From Eledone cirrhosa (taxonomy: Eukaryota): a stretch of DNA of 64,000 nt. Both the position numbers and the translations under genes were made by a program. Each line of letters opens with the position of its first letter. Within the stretch, counting starts at the first letter, position 1. Below, one piece after another: positions 28,877 through 42,525 of this stretch. The stretch spans positions 250,046,001 through 250,110,000 of the forward strand of contig OZ024742.1 in assembly GCA_964016885.1 (NCBI GenBank). Reading direction: 5' to 3'. The notes under the pieces are model-generated. The model had not been told where the DNA came from and ran no database searches. It was given only the letters and a program-made list of their open reading frames with translations.

Positions 28877-29094
28877 GAGAGAGATAGAGAGAGAGAGAGG
28901 GTGAGAGAGAGATAGAGAGAGACAGACAGACAGACAGAGAGTTTGCCTGTTAGATAGATGATAGATAGATTTTAGATAGATAAATGGATATCTGGAAAAG
29001 TAGGTAGAACCGCTACATCACTGAATTGAGTGATCACAGCTCCAATACTATGAGCATGTGGTTAGAATGTCTCAGAATGTAATCACTGGACAGA

Positions 29095-29275
29095 TTTTCC
29101 TCTTAAAACCAGCCACCAAGATGATTGGATAACATCCATGAGCTGGGCTGGTTTCGCTTGGGGATCCAGCCGGATCAGTTGGAGACGGTTACTTCTGACA
29201 GGACCTGCTGGAAAGAGTATTTGAGGACTCTGGCCATGACCCTCTCAGGAATAAGTGGGCGAAGACGGAGAATTA
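29095..29275 (+). mobile_element. 3' end of an RTE-clade LINE
   Basis: LDNIHELGWFRLGIQPDQLETVTSDRTCWKEYL resembles RTE/Rex3 C-termini. Confidence 0.6.
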
Positions 29276-29388
29276 GGTAGATAGATAGATTGATAGTCAG
29301 ATAGATAGATAGATAGATAGAAGGCGGCTTCTATATTTAGTGGATCTATGCAAGATAATGAGTGAAAAAATATAGAAGAAAATTATAA

Positions 29389-29575
29389 TTGTTTCTACTT
29401 TTGGCACAAGGCCAGCAATTACCCAGTGCATTACTGGTACTTTATTTTATCGACCCCGTAAGGATGAAAGGCAAAGTTAACCTCGGCGGGATTTGAACTC
29501 AGATTATAAAGGGCCGTAACTCTTTGATGCAAAGCATGGCGTCCGACTCTCTACCGATACTGCCATCCACCACCA
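29389..29575 (-). mobile_element. OK-like tRNA-derived SINE
   Basis: Well-preserved copy with A/B-box-like head and shared body. Confidence 0.85.
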
Positions 29576-29902
29576 ATATAGAAGAAAATTATAATAATTG
29601 ATTTAAATAATTGTGAAAAAAAAGTTCGCTGAAACCGCAGTGAAAGGACGGAGGATGTCCAGAAAAACTCGAGGATTCAAGCATCATTAAACAGAACGCT
29701 GTAATCAAACTTAAATTATATATTTTTATAATATAAACCCTGTCATCTTCGACGAATATTAGCGTTCCTAGAGATGCACACGCACACGCACATATATATG
29801 TATACATACATACGTACATATAGATGCATATATGTGTGTGTGTGTGTGTGTGTGCATATATGTGTGTGTGTGTGTGTGTATGATATATATATATATGTAT
29901 GT

Positions 29903-29948
<46 letters not shown>

Positions 29949-29949
29949 G

Positions 29950-30003
<54 letters not shown>

Positions 30004-30368
30004 GTGTCTTTGTCATCTGACTGTGAATGTCTCATCCAGTTAGAGAATATCAAACCACCCATTATTCAAATTAGGCCGAGTATAGAGGGTGGTGGTTTAA
30101 ACAATAACCACGCCTGGTTGTATTTCATCACCAAATCTACGCTCTTTCCATTCTTTCTCTGCCTTTTTTTTACCATGTCTTCCTCAGCACCTCACACATA
30201 CACACATATTTTAAGCATAATATTCTTCGACTTTTTTTAGAGTTTTAGTTGTATCTATATTAAACAAGTCTTGCAGTGCCGTAGCAACAGACATTTTAAC
30301 TTATCGTTAATGGAGCACTTTTGTGGTAACGTTCCTCTCCCTTTCGCTCTCTCTCTGTCTCTCCCCCC

Positions 30369-30428
<60 letters not shown>

Positions 30429-30433
30429 ATATG

Positions 30434-30468
<35 letters not shown>

Positions 30469-30511
30469 CAGTGTGTTCGTTTGTATATGTATAACATATA
30501 TATATGTATAT

Positions 30512-30544
<33 letters not shown>

Positions 30545-30654
30545 CACCTTGATCACCTTCACCGACCAGTCTGGCACGTGCTGTTTTAGCCATACGATGA
30601 CGCCATACCACAGGCTGGGCGGGGGGCAAGCCGTAAGTCTAAGGTCTGGCTTAT

Positions 30655-30908
30655 CTGGCTGGCGCTTATCCCGGTTTCATGGTCTGAAGCGACTGAGAGT
30701 ACAAAACTCCCCCCCCCCCCCGGACAGGACGCCAGTCCATCGCAGGGTTAAACCTCCAGCTATTGCTGGTACTCATTTTCAGCTGAGTAAATTGGAGCAA
30801 CGTGAATAAAGTGTCTTGCTAAATGAAACAACACATCATCCGCTCCGAGTATTGAACTCACAACCTTTCAGACCTACTGCTCTAACCACTAAGCCGTGCG
30901 CCCTTCCC
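30655..30908 (-). mobile_element. tRNA-derived CORE-type SINE
   Basis: Minus strand: GGCTTAGTGGTTAGAGC (A box), GAGTTCAATAC (B box), CORE-like AGCAAGACACTT..CTCAGCTGAAAATGAGTACC. Confidence 0.8.
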
Positions 30909-30927
30909 ATATATATATATATATATA

Positions 30928-31204
30928 TGGTGGCTGCCAACTCGTTATCGAGTACGGCCACTACTTTATATCCATGTAGGAGAACCCCTACCGATGCGCT
31001 GAACGAGTGTGACTTGTTAGTCCAGCCAGCGACTTGAAAACTCTGGTACAAACACTACACTTGTGACAATTATTGACACATAGTGCTGGGCCCATGGTAC
31101 CATGTGACGACAACTGCAGAGCGATCTCCAGATATAAAGCAATGCCTGTGCCGTGAAGCTTTTATAGTGAACAAAGGCACTGCACAAAGCTAGTCCCACT
31201 CTCT
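30928..31204 (-). repeat. 3' half of the ~600-bp dispersed element at 37340-37945
   Basis: Reverse complement of ~37675-37945. Abuts (TA)n. Confidence 0.85.
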
Positions 31205-32110
31205 TAATAAATTAAATAATCAGAGCAATATATCAAAAGTATGTCCATAGAATCATTTGATAAAATATATACCCTATTTCTTCTCCCAATTAGCATAATT
31301 AACCACATAAAAAATCAATTAGACCAGGCTATAAGAATAAAGGTTCCTATGAAGAAATATTTGATAAATAAACGACAGCAGCCGCTTCGCGGCCGACCGC
31401 AATACAATATTTACCCAATATTTCAACAGCATGTAGTAACTGACTAAATATACCGTCAACCATACACAATTAGGTATAAATTTAAAGTTACAAGAAATGC
31501 GTACACTCTTACCATAATTATGTCCCTACCCTGGGGTTTCGTCGCGTTTTGAGATATCCTATTAAGGATAAAATCTCGAGTTTCGAACTCATCAGGAGAC
31601 AAACTCATAGGACAGGTAATTTTCCAAAGCGATCCCCGCCAGAAATAGATTTAAAAATGGCTAAGAATCGTCATGTGGCAGTGGTCAAGTTAGAAAAAAT
31701 GTGATTAGTTGCTTACAGCGAGTGGGCTGGTTGCTAGAAAGCGTAGCCCAATATTGCCCAATATTGCCCAAATTGCATCTCAACCTAATGGGAGATTATT
31801 AAATATAAAGATTTACATATATACAAACTAAACAAAGTCAAAGATATGTACGTGGCAATCATTCACGATGTGGCTCAATGAAGAATTAATAAATTAAATA
31901 ATCAGAGCAATATATCAAAAGTATGTCCATAGAATCATTTGATAAAATATATACACCATTTCCTCTCCCAATTAGCATAATTAACCACATAAAAAATCAA
32001 TTAGACCAGGCTATAAGAATAAAGGTTCCTATGAAGAAATATTTGATAAATAAACGACAGCCGCGAAGAGGCTGCTGTCGTTTATTTATCAAATAAACGA
32101 CAGCAGCCCA
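31205..32110. repeat. Partial tandem duplication of the 6.3-7.0 kb repeat family
   Basis: Direct repeats at 31205-31385 and 31886-32062, followed by a small palindrome. Confidence 0.8.
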
Positions 32111-32926
32111 AATCTCCAGTTTAAGAAGCCCTATGCCACACACTAGAATATTATGGATATATATATATACCTATATATATGTCCATAAAATACTTTTTGG
32201 GACACTTTTAATAGTTTATTAATAGGTACAAGGGCTTCCACTCATGATCTATATTACATAACATTCTATCGACCGAAGATAATTATTACAGGGCATCATA
32301 TACAGGTGGCAGGGTAGATCTTAGAAAGACTGATACCGCGGAATGTTTACAATAGACTGGACTTTTCTAAGGGCACCCAATGACCAGGTACTGCTTATAA
32401 ACTGCGTGAAAGATTAATACTATTAGATAACACAAAATACAGTCTACCTGACAAAAATTATATGTAGATCTACAAAACTTCCCTCTAAATGCTTTGGTAG
32501 ACACGAGATAGCAATAGACGTGATGTGACATTTTCAATATCTACACACACACATATATATATATGAATATATATATATATAATGCTATGTGTGTCAGTGT
32601 ATTTGTATACAATATAGTTAATTTTAATATGTGTATGTTCTTCTATGTATGTGTCCTCAGTTAGTGAATATCCTGTTCAGCTAGAGAATATCAGACAGCT
32701 CCCTATTAAATTTAGGCCGAGTATTCAGGGAGGTTGTTTAAACAATAACCACGCCTCTTTCAAATTCCACCCCCAATCCCTGTTCTATACATTTTTTGCT
32801 GTCTGTTGTACCCCCACCCATCATCATATATAGCTATAACATATATATATATATGTGTGTGTGTGCATGTATCTATCTATCTATCTATCTATCTATTTAT
32901 CTATCTATATATATATATTTACACAA

Positions 32927-32962
<36 letters not shown>

Positions 32963-33155
32963 GTACATACATATATATATATATGTATGTATATATGTAT
33001 ATATAGTTCAGTTTTCTTTATAAGGAGCATTGGGCGAATATGGTAGTTTCAGTAGCAAATTTGATTTATAGAAAAATGGCTGTTCGCCTCATGTTACATC
33101 CCTCCTCCATTCACGAATTAAATATTAATCTAAATTAAAATAAAGCAACGAAGAC

Positions 33156-33224
<69 letters not shown>

Positions 33225-35931
33225 ATGCGTGTGTGTGTGCCTGTATATGTATGTAAGTGAATGTACAGAGCCATATATATATATATATTCATATATACAT
33301 ACACATTATGAATCCTCAAATGAAATCTGCAGCTGTATGTGTGTGAGAGAAAGCAAGGAAAAGTATGAAGAAGAGATAACGAGAGAGATAGAGAGTGCGA
33401 TAGTGTTGAATAGAAAGGTTGAAGTGATTGGGACAATAAAAGGAGACCGACCCAATTCCCCCACCAACCTCCACAGAAATGATACCCCTCCCCCCACCTC
33501 TTGAAATATTTCCCATTTCTCTTCATATTTAATATGATATTTTAACATTGACACAAACTCTTCTCGTTATTCTTCTTGATGTTCTTTATCTTCTATTGTT
33601 GCTATTATTGTTGTTGCTAGTATTGTCATGGTCTTTCTACATATATTTCTATTTAAACATACAGCTTTGTTCGTGAACACAACCTAAAGGATATGGTCCG
33701 AACTTGGAAGAGTCGAACTCCCACTGTCATCGCATCCATCTCTCTCACCCTCCCCATCTCTCCGCATGGTGAGCAAATGTGGTCCCACGTGCTGGCCTCC
33801 AGCAATTGTTATAGTTGTTGCAGGGTTTACTTTTGTTATTGCTTTTGTTGTTGTTATTGTTGTTGCTATAATTGTTGTGATTGTTTCTGTTGATACTGTG
33901 GTTGTTGCCCTCGCTGATGCTGATGTTATTTGCGTTGTTTATTGTTGATAATGCTGTTGTTTTCTTTTTACTTTTGATTTTATTGTTATTGAAGATATAG
34001 ATTTTGCCAGTCCACTGATCTACATTGATGTTTTATCAACCTTCAGAAAGACGTGTAGAATAGACTCACTCAATATACGGACACAGTAAGGAAATGAATT
34101 TGTCTTATCTTTTAATCACACTCTCCCTGTGGATGCTATATGTTGCAATTGAGTTTCTCCCCTTTCGTCGCATACATATATTGTGCATCAATATTTGGGT
34201 GCAATTCCCGAATTAGTATAGAATATTCACAAAAGTTTCAGTGAAGTAACAACAGATTATAAAATCAGTGAAGGCGTATGGATTAATTGGATTCACAATC
34301 GTGAGATTGCGAGTTCGATTCCCGGACCGGGCGATGCGTTATGTCCTTGAAAAAGACACGTTATTTCAGGTTGTTCCCTCTGCCAGGAGTTGCGACGGTT
34401 GATAGTGTTAACAATGGAAAAACTAATGAAAAATTATTCCTTGATCGATTCGATGAGTTCCACCCCGCTGGGGAAGCGAATAAGGTCTTGGAACTCGCTC
34501 TTCATAAAACCAGATGAGAATCCTAGCCAGTAAGAAATCTTCAAAATTTCTCCAGTTTGATGGAGTTAGATTTGTCGTTTTGTAAGTTCTTTCCGATAAT
34601 AATTTGTTGTTTTTAAGAATTATTTTCAATGCACGAACAATCGCGTGTCCGTTGAATACATGAGAAATATATTTTCACTGGGTGTTTATCGTTTGGCCTA
34701 GCATTCATTATTATTTACACCCCCACAAACTGTACATTAAGTTATTCTCTTTGTAATTGAAGTTGGATTATTTGTGTATTTAATTTTTATTACTTCGCAT
34801 TGTTACATTAATGTTATGTAGTATAAATAAACAGATTATATTTATTATTATTTTTGGTGTTTACAGTGTTTTTTATTTGCTTTTTATTTAATAGCCAGTG
34901 TTTTTAGTGTTCTGATTTTCCTTCTGGGATTTATCCATTACAGTTGGAAGGGGAAGTTGACCACCGTAAGTTTTGAACTCAGGACACCCAGAATAGGAAT
35001 AAATATTGCAAAGGATTTCGTCAAATACCGTAACGCTCCTGCCAATTCGACTCCTTATATGGTCAGTTCATAAAGGTTCGGATCCATCTCTCTCCTTTAA
35101 TGTCTTCTTCATGGACTAGAAAGAAAAATGTGTATATACACCCACATGGGATTTAACTGGAGTTGAACGAACCCCTAGTGGGGAACTAACATATGGCATT
35201 ACCAGGAATTTCGTAGAAGAGAATCTAAAGTCCCTGGCTTTGGTGACGCCAACACTGTTATGATAAAAACAGACGAACACGTGAATGATAAATGATAAAA
35301 AACACATTCCAGACAATCACAAATAAATCTAGACACAGATTTGTGTTGTGTCAATCCTGCTCACGTATTTGGTACTGATCAAAGCTGTGGCATAATTTCT
35401 GCTACATCGTCATAAACACTAGTAAATCTAACTAAAATATATATTTTCTCTATGTAGGGAGTTTCTTAAGACGGTTTCAAACACTACAAATGTTCTCTAG
35501 GTGTTTATTAAGTATCTTTTCATCAACACATTAAACCAACTAACCATAGCATATAATAGGTACCTGACAAGGCTGATGTTATAGACACACTCAAAAAAAG
35601 GTGCCATTCCTTCTACTGCTAATATTTTCTACTGATCGCAACTTTTGACAGGAGTCAGGATTCGAACTCATAACGCTCAGGGAAAGATCAGACATAGCAT
35701 ATAACAACTCTTTAATAATTCCGCCTATCTTCCGACACTGTTCTGGCACTTTATTTATCGTTCGTGAATGAATGCAAGGCAATGTTGACCTCGGATGGAT
35801 TTTATGGTGCAAAGACCAGGAACAAATATCCAGGCAATTTATCCGTTGTTCTAACGACTTTGCTAATTCGTAGCCTAAACCACACCAGCAACATCGCTGC
35901 TCTAGTACTTAACAAATACTTTTTCCCGCTT

Positions 35932-36200
35932 GTGAAGACGCGTGGCCTAGTGGTTTGGGGATGGGGCTTATACTCATAATATCGTGAGATCGTTTTCTGG
36001 ACTGTGGTGTGTGTTGTGTCGTTGAGCAAAACACAAGATTTAACATTGCTTCAGTATATTCAGCTGAAAATGAATATTAGCAGTAGCTAGGAGTTTAACT
36101 CTGCAATGGACTGGCGCCCTGTCCAAGGGAGGACCCTGGTGCTCTCAGTCGCTTAACGCCACGGAAACAGAGATAAGCTCCGGCCTAATGATCATCCTGG
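35932..36200 (+). mobile_element. CORE-type SINE (a partial copy also at 34270-34378)
   Basis: GTGGCCTAGTGGTT head, GTGTCGTTGAGCAAAACAC..CAGCTGAAAATGA core, GGACTGGCGCCCTGTCC tail. Confidence 0.75.
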
Positions 36201-37291
36201 CATTAGACTGTTAGAGACATCACATTCGCAAGGCAGTTACATATCTAAATGCTTCCCTTTCTGTCTCTCTCTCCCTCTCCCTCTGTTTATCTCTCACCCA
36301 CTCTTACTTTCTTCCTCACTCTCTCTCCTTCTCTCTTACCCATATCTTCCTCTCGCATTCCACTATCCATTTCGGAGCTTTGTCTAATATTCTAAATTAA
36401 TCAGTTAACAGTGTATCCTCTGTCGTTGCCGACAATGAGCATACAATATTTTGATCAGCTGATCATTCAATTCATTAAGTTAACGAGTATTCTTAACAGA
36501 GTCAGCAAGCTGAATCAGCATGACAAACTGTGACAAGGCTGGATCTTTCATTTACAGGTGCGACCAATACGAGAGGCTATCGCAAGAACTGCTACATTAA
36601 CAACAACAACAGTAGCAATAACAGTAATAAACACAAAAGCAACTACAACAAACACAATAGCAAGAATACCAAGCAACAATAACAATAGGAGGAACACAAC
36701 AAGAGGAACACGATCAACAACGACAAGAAAATAACAATAATAGCAAGAACAATAACAGTGAAAACAACAACTATAGCAACAATAACAGCAATAATAACAA
36801 CAAAAACAATAATAACAGCAATAATGGTAATGACAACAACAGTAACATAAACAAAGACAAACACAATAGCACCATAAGACAGCTGCCAGAGTAACAAGGA
36901 GGCGAGATTTGCACTGAATTCTCGCAGATTACAGAGACAAAAAATGATGTTGGACGTAAATAAGGAATTACAGTGGCAGCAAAGAAGACATTTTGTGAGA
37001 GAAAAGAGAGCTTTTAGTAGGACATTCCTATTGAGAACTGACTGATGGGTTATAATGAGTGGCACTAACTTTAACCATCTTCGATAGCAATGACTAATAC
37101 ATCTCTGTCAAACGTTGTCTATACATTATTATACATTTAGACGAGCACGCAAATATACAAACACATACACCCACATACGCACACGAATATATGTATATAT
37201 ATAAATATATATATAATAGCATAAAGAGGGAAAATTATATAAGGCACGGAAACAAAGGAAACAACACAGGAAATAATGCGAAACCTGTCAC

Positions 37292-37337
<46 letters not shown>

Positions 37338-37339
37338 AG

Positions 37340-37945
37340 ATGTCAGGTCACCAGTTGGTGCTACTGGTAACATGTATCCCAGTACAACCTGTCCCATGGT
37401 CGGGTCGTTGGCGACTAAACTGGCAACCCCACCAAGGTTTCTTGGTGAGGAGGGTGACTTTGGACATCCCGCAGGACTAAAAACAAAACCTGTTAAAGGG
37501 CAAAGGAGCTCTTAAGAGTCAATGGCCATCCAAAATCAGCGGGAGAGATGACCCCTTAGCCTTTGTCAAGACAGAATTCTAGGAGAAGGAAAACTCTGAT
37601 ATAACACCTGAAACCCTGATGGTATCCAATGATGTTTACTTGTTCTTTTTGGTAAATATCATCTTGGTTAAGAGAGTGGGACTGGCTTTGTACAGTGCCT
37701 TTGCTCACTATAACAGCTTCACAGCACAGGCATTGCTTTATATCTGGAGATCTCTCTGCACTTGTCATCACATGGTACCATGGGCCCAGCACTATGTGTC
37801 AGTAATTGTCACAAGTGTAGTGTTTGTACCCGAGTTATCAAGTCGCTGGCTGGACTAAAAAGTCACACTTGTTCAGCGCATCGGTAGGGGTTCTACATGG
37901 ATATAAAGTAGTGGCCGTACTCGAAAACGAGTTGGCAGCCACCAT
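37340..37945 (+). mobile_element. Non-coding ~600-bp element with an RTE-like 5' region (second copy 43047-43563)
   Basis: Both copies share GGCGACTAAACTGGCAACC and CTAGGAGAAGG(A/C)AACTC blocks and start next to (TA)n. Confidence 0.6.
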
Positions 37946-38139
37946 CCAGACGCTAAACTCCGCCAGTTGCGGACTGCGCATCAACATGAGATATTTTTCT
38001 CCACAAATTTCGATCACAAACAGCAGAGTTTAAATAGTAAAGGTTAAGTCCAGTCCATAAGTTGACAAAGTCAAGCCATCGTTTTGACTGCCGGCCTCTG
38101 CTTCACTTACCTGCCAACCTTCCTTCCAGTCATAACTTA

Positions 38140-38680
38140 TTCCCACCACGATTTGATCTTTGACTGACAACTGATGTGATTGGTCTAAGCCTGGTGATGT
38201 TGAGCAGCTCACCGATACAGATTCGGTCGCTGAGCCGCTTACCAGTCATAAGTCTCATGATGTGGTTCTGGAATGTAGAGAGCTTCTGAAGTGACCTTGT
38301 CATCCAATTAACACAGTCAAGACCATATAACACAACTGGCAGGATGTAAGTATCAAAGATCTTAGCCTTCAAATGATAGGAAACTCGTTTTGATGAGGGT
38401 ACTTCCTTGTTCCTGTTGAAAGTTGCCCAATATAGAACGATGCGATACTGCACAGCGACCATTCCATTGTTGTTTGATGATAGTTTGTGACCGAGATATA
38501 CAAATTCCGTAACTTGAGCAATCTGCTGTTTGTAGATTGTGAGTTGAAGATTGGCATTGTTTTTATCAGTTGCCATACAGTTTGTTTTGGAGATGTTGAT
38601 GTGTAAGCCAGCCTCTAGCGAATGTTTGGCCAGTACATTCAGAAGGTTTTGCAGATCAGTTCTAGAGTAGCTCATCAACA
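38140..38680 (-). mobile_element. RTE-clade LINE RT C-terminal fragment
   Basis: GLHINISKT, VTEFVYLG, KAKIFDTYILPVVLYG, FQNHIMR. Confidence 0.85.
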
Positions 38681-38737
38681 GTTCTAGAGTAGCTCATCAA
38701 CACCAAAAACACAGAGCTGACATATCTAAGAACTGAC

Positions 38738-38795
38738 TACTACCTGTTGAGGTCATAGCCATTCAATGGCTATCATCGAAATATATATAGCAGTA
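38738..38795 (+). ncRNA. Hammerhead-like motif (same family as the 47.0-47.3 kb copies)
   Basis: TACTAC-CTGTTGA-GGTCATAGCCAT/ATGGCTATCATC-GAAA-TATATA-TA-GCAGTA. Confidence 0.65.
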
Positions 38796-38879
38796 AATAA
38801 AGGATTATGAGTTCATGCAATTGACTTATGTTTCGTCACTATATATATATATATGCAGTATATATATATATATATATAT

Positions 38880-39081
38880 ATAGGAACGAGTAGGACCCCG
38901 ACGGCTGAGCTCAGGCCGTTTCGACGGCTAATTCTGAACTAATTAGTCCAGAATTAGCCGTCGAAACGGCCTGAGCTCAGCCGTCGGGGTCCTACTCGTT
39001 CCTATTACCCACTCTACTACCCTAAGTATTGAGCACTTTGGTGCGTTATGGTCCACCTCGTCCCTTACCACATTTCCTTCG

Positions 39082-39083
<2 letters not shown>
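38880..39083. mobile_element. Palindromic pLTR remnant of the 43.6-46.4 kb Penelope family
   Basis: Perfect ~56-bp inverted arms holding the 3' half of the HHR (GAAACGGCCTGAGCTCAGCCGTCGGGGT), then the pLTR tail. (TA)n on both sides. Confidence 0.9.
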
Positions 39084-39117
<34 letters not shown>

Positions 39118-39145
39118 TGTATATATATATATATATATATATATA

Positions 39146-39259
<114 letters not shown>

Positions 39260-39356
39260 ATAATAAAATATATTTGATGACATGAATGTCTATATTTATT
39301 AATATTTTGAAGTAATATATAGCACTGACATATATTGGGACATGTTTGGAGTTACC

Positions 39357-39600
39357 GTGTGAAAATATGCAATCAATCACATCTCATTGTATAAAAATAA
39401 GCAATCACACACACATCGTTGTGTAAAAATAAGCAATCAATCATATCACATTATGTGAAAATATGCAATCATACTTGTCCCATTGCGTAAAAAGAAGTAA
39501 TCACATCCATTTCCTTGTATGAGTATAAGCAAATATCCATCCCATTACGTGAAAGTAAGCAACAATATTCCTTTCCTCGTGTGAATATAAACAATCACAC
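39357..39600 (+). repeat. ~32-bp minisatellite, about 8 diverged units
   Basis: Recurring GTG(T)GAAAATA(A/T)GCAATCA...CATT. Confidence 0.75.
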
Positions 39601-40421
39601 TCACTGAAAGAATTTTTATTGCTATTCTTGATTTTTTTTTGTCTTTTTTTAATAAAAAAATTATTTACTTGCTTCTATGTCTAGTTCCTTCCAAGCAACT
39701 ACCTAGGATTAATTCTGTACACTATAAGTACCAATTGTATTTACAGAACGAGTGAAGGTTTACACAAAAATTGATTTGATCAAAAGGCGTCCCGAATGGA
39801 AAACGTTTGAAAATATTCCGTATTTTCAACGAACAAAATTCATTAACCATTCATCGTACTTGGTGACATCCCTAATACATCCAATCCCCCAACCAAAATT
39901 AATATTGTTTCTAATGGATTGGGGTTGTTTAGACTTATAGGCTGGCTTGCTTGCAGTTTTGTAGATATGTTGCACTCGAGCATGGCTTTTGGGAAATGGG
40001 TATTATATATTGCTTTATTACGTGTATATAATCACTTCTTCATTAACTTAAACACACAGGAAGCTCTAACTCCTATCGCTTACCATCGAGTAGCCGATTC
40101 CATTTTTTGTGTCATTGTCTTTAAGACTGGTAGCGGAATGAAAAAGAATTCACTTATCCTATCAACACTTCAGATTGGCGATTTGACTTATTATTCATCA
40201 ATGGATCCATACAGTTTGGGTGTTAGGCTCATCTGAGGCTAACACACACGCAAATGGAACCTTCAAAATCTGGAAAACATTCTTACGATTCAAAAGTTAA
40301 ACGCTTACACAAGAGACGACGTAATTGTCTTTTTCTTTACAATGTTCTCACCGGGAAGATGGCCGCCCAAAAGTAACCTCGAAATTAAGAGAAAGAAAGT
40401 AAATACATATATACATACATA

Positions 40422-40845
40422 CTCCACCCTGATTACACCTTCAGATTTATGCCTGTGATTATTGGGGCACTAGGATATGTTAGTAACTGCCTCAATACAA
40501 ATCTTGAGAAGCTAGGCTTCACAGGAACACAAAGAACACAACTAGTTAGGAAACTACAAGTACAATCCATTAATGGAACAGTAAAAATATGTAAAACATT
40601 CCAAAAATGTTGCATCTAATAACTGCATATACACATGTACAGATACAAAGCATATACAGATGCACACATACAACTCAAAACATCCACATCCACACATACA
40701 ATAACATCCATATCTACACATGCATGTATACATACATATCTACCTAGTTGATGTTGTGTAAATTCAAATGAGAGAGTCTTGTGTGTATGTTAGAAACCGA
40801 CTCTCTCTCTATTGGTAAAACTTTGTGAAATTATAAAACCAGAAG
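40422..40845 (+). mobile_element. 3' end of an R4/Dong-like RLE retrotransposon within (CATA)n
   Basis: Frame 40422-40619 reads LHPDYTFRFMPVIIGALGYV..LEKLG..LQ..GTVKICKTF*. Flanked on both sides by TACA/CATA repeats. Confidence 0.65.
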
Positions 40846-41356
40846 AACATACATACATACAGGTATGCATGCATGCATAGATACATACATACTTATATAC
40901 ATGTATGCAGACGGTCGATTTGGCAGTGTCGTTAGGACATTGGGTATTTGTTCCAAGCCTCCCCAATCTGAGATCTAATCCTTTTGAAGGCCAATTTGGC
41001 TTTCGTCCTTTCGGCCTCGGTACAACGGTTTCCTCGCCTAGCCCCCACAGCCTACAGTCTCCGCTGGATCACGTGAGGTGGAGATCAAGTAAGGGTCGAG
41101 ATCTGTTTTCGGTACCATGGATAATTAATACACTTATAGAAGGCATGGTAAATTACTACCAGGTCATACTCGATTGTAAGTGACTGTTGTAATTACATAT
41201 ATTCGTGCAAACTTATATGCATATCTACATACTTACATGTATGGATAAAGAAATGTAATGTTATAAACTCACAATTAGACATACACACATACACAATCAC
41301 ACACACAGACACAAACACCTACCCATCCCTACCACCACCCCCACACACATACACAC

Positions 41357-41410
<54 letters not shown>

Positions 41411-42037
41411 TTATTTTCAATTGTTTGAATCTTACCCTACGGATTTAACCTTGGATTCGTTTTACTTGCACGATTACTGATGATAAAAACACATTGAGCT
41501 TCAATTCATCTTGATAAATATAATTTAAGTATATGTCCATTTATAAACATTTATTTTCTGTCTCTTTCTCTTTCTCTCTTTCTCTCTCTATATATATATA
41601 TATAATATATATATATATGCATGTCATATGTTCAAAAACATCTAAGTATTTCTACTGTATCTGAATGCAGCGGTCACTAACCTTAACGATAATTACATAA
41701 AGAAAACTAATTAGATCATAACACATTTTACAATATACATTGTTATCACAGTGGGAGTTATTTTAGTGGTTTTTATGTGATCTTGCTTGCCAATAAGCCT
41801 CCGCTTAATGACGTCTGGGCAGAAGGAAATTAGGAACATGTTGTATTTGAATTAATATCTGTGTGGGGGAAAGTGTAAAATGTTTGCGAAGGCATGTCAG
41901 CAGGTTTTGTTTGGTGGTGAGGAAAACTGAATTCTTTGTTTCTATCTATCTACCTGATACATACATACATACTCACACACATACATACATACACACACAC
42001 ATACATACATACATACATACATACATACATACATACA

Positions 42038-42071
<34 letters not shown>

Positions 42072-42489
42072 CACATACATACATACATACATACACACAT
42101 ACATTTATACACATACATACATACATACATACATACACACATACATTTATACACATACATACATACATACATACAAACAGTTGATTAATTTGTTTAATGT
42201 CTCTATCGGTTAGCCCTCAGGTGGTAAAGGTCGCTTTACCACTAACTAATATTAGCGTCGGTCGGTCTACGGAGCATCGTCATTTATCTAAGTTCTAATA
42301 CAGAGGTAACTGGGGATGTTTAAGCAAATGCGTATGAGTGTACGATCCAGATCCAAGTATAGTGGGTTCGCGTTGATGTGCATGTGTGTATAGTCCTATA
42401 GCAGTAGTATTTTGAGGTAAAAGTAAACTAGATTTCTCACACGCACATACAGACTGACAGGCACACAACTCATAAGTGCCCCCCCCCCC

Positions 42490-42525
<36 letters not shown>

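Noticed and set aside
30720-30908. tRNA genes suggested by A/B-box-like motifs
   Set aside because: No cloverleaf. The motifs are SINE heads followed by shared SINE bodies.
32110-32460. Possible remnant of a Penelope endonuclease region
   Set aside because: Only faint motifs (GIIYR, IDW) across broken frames.
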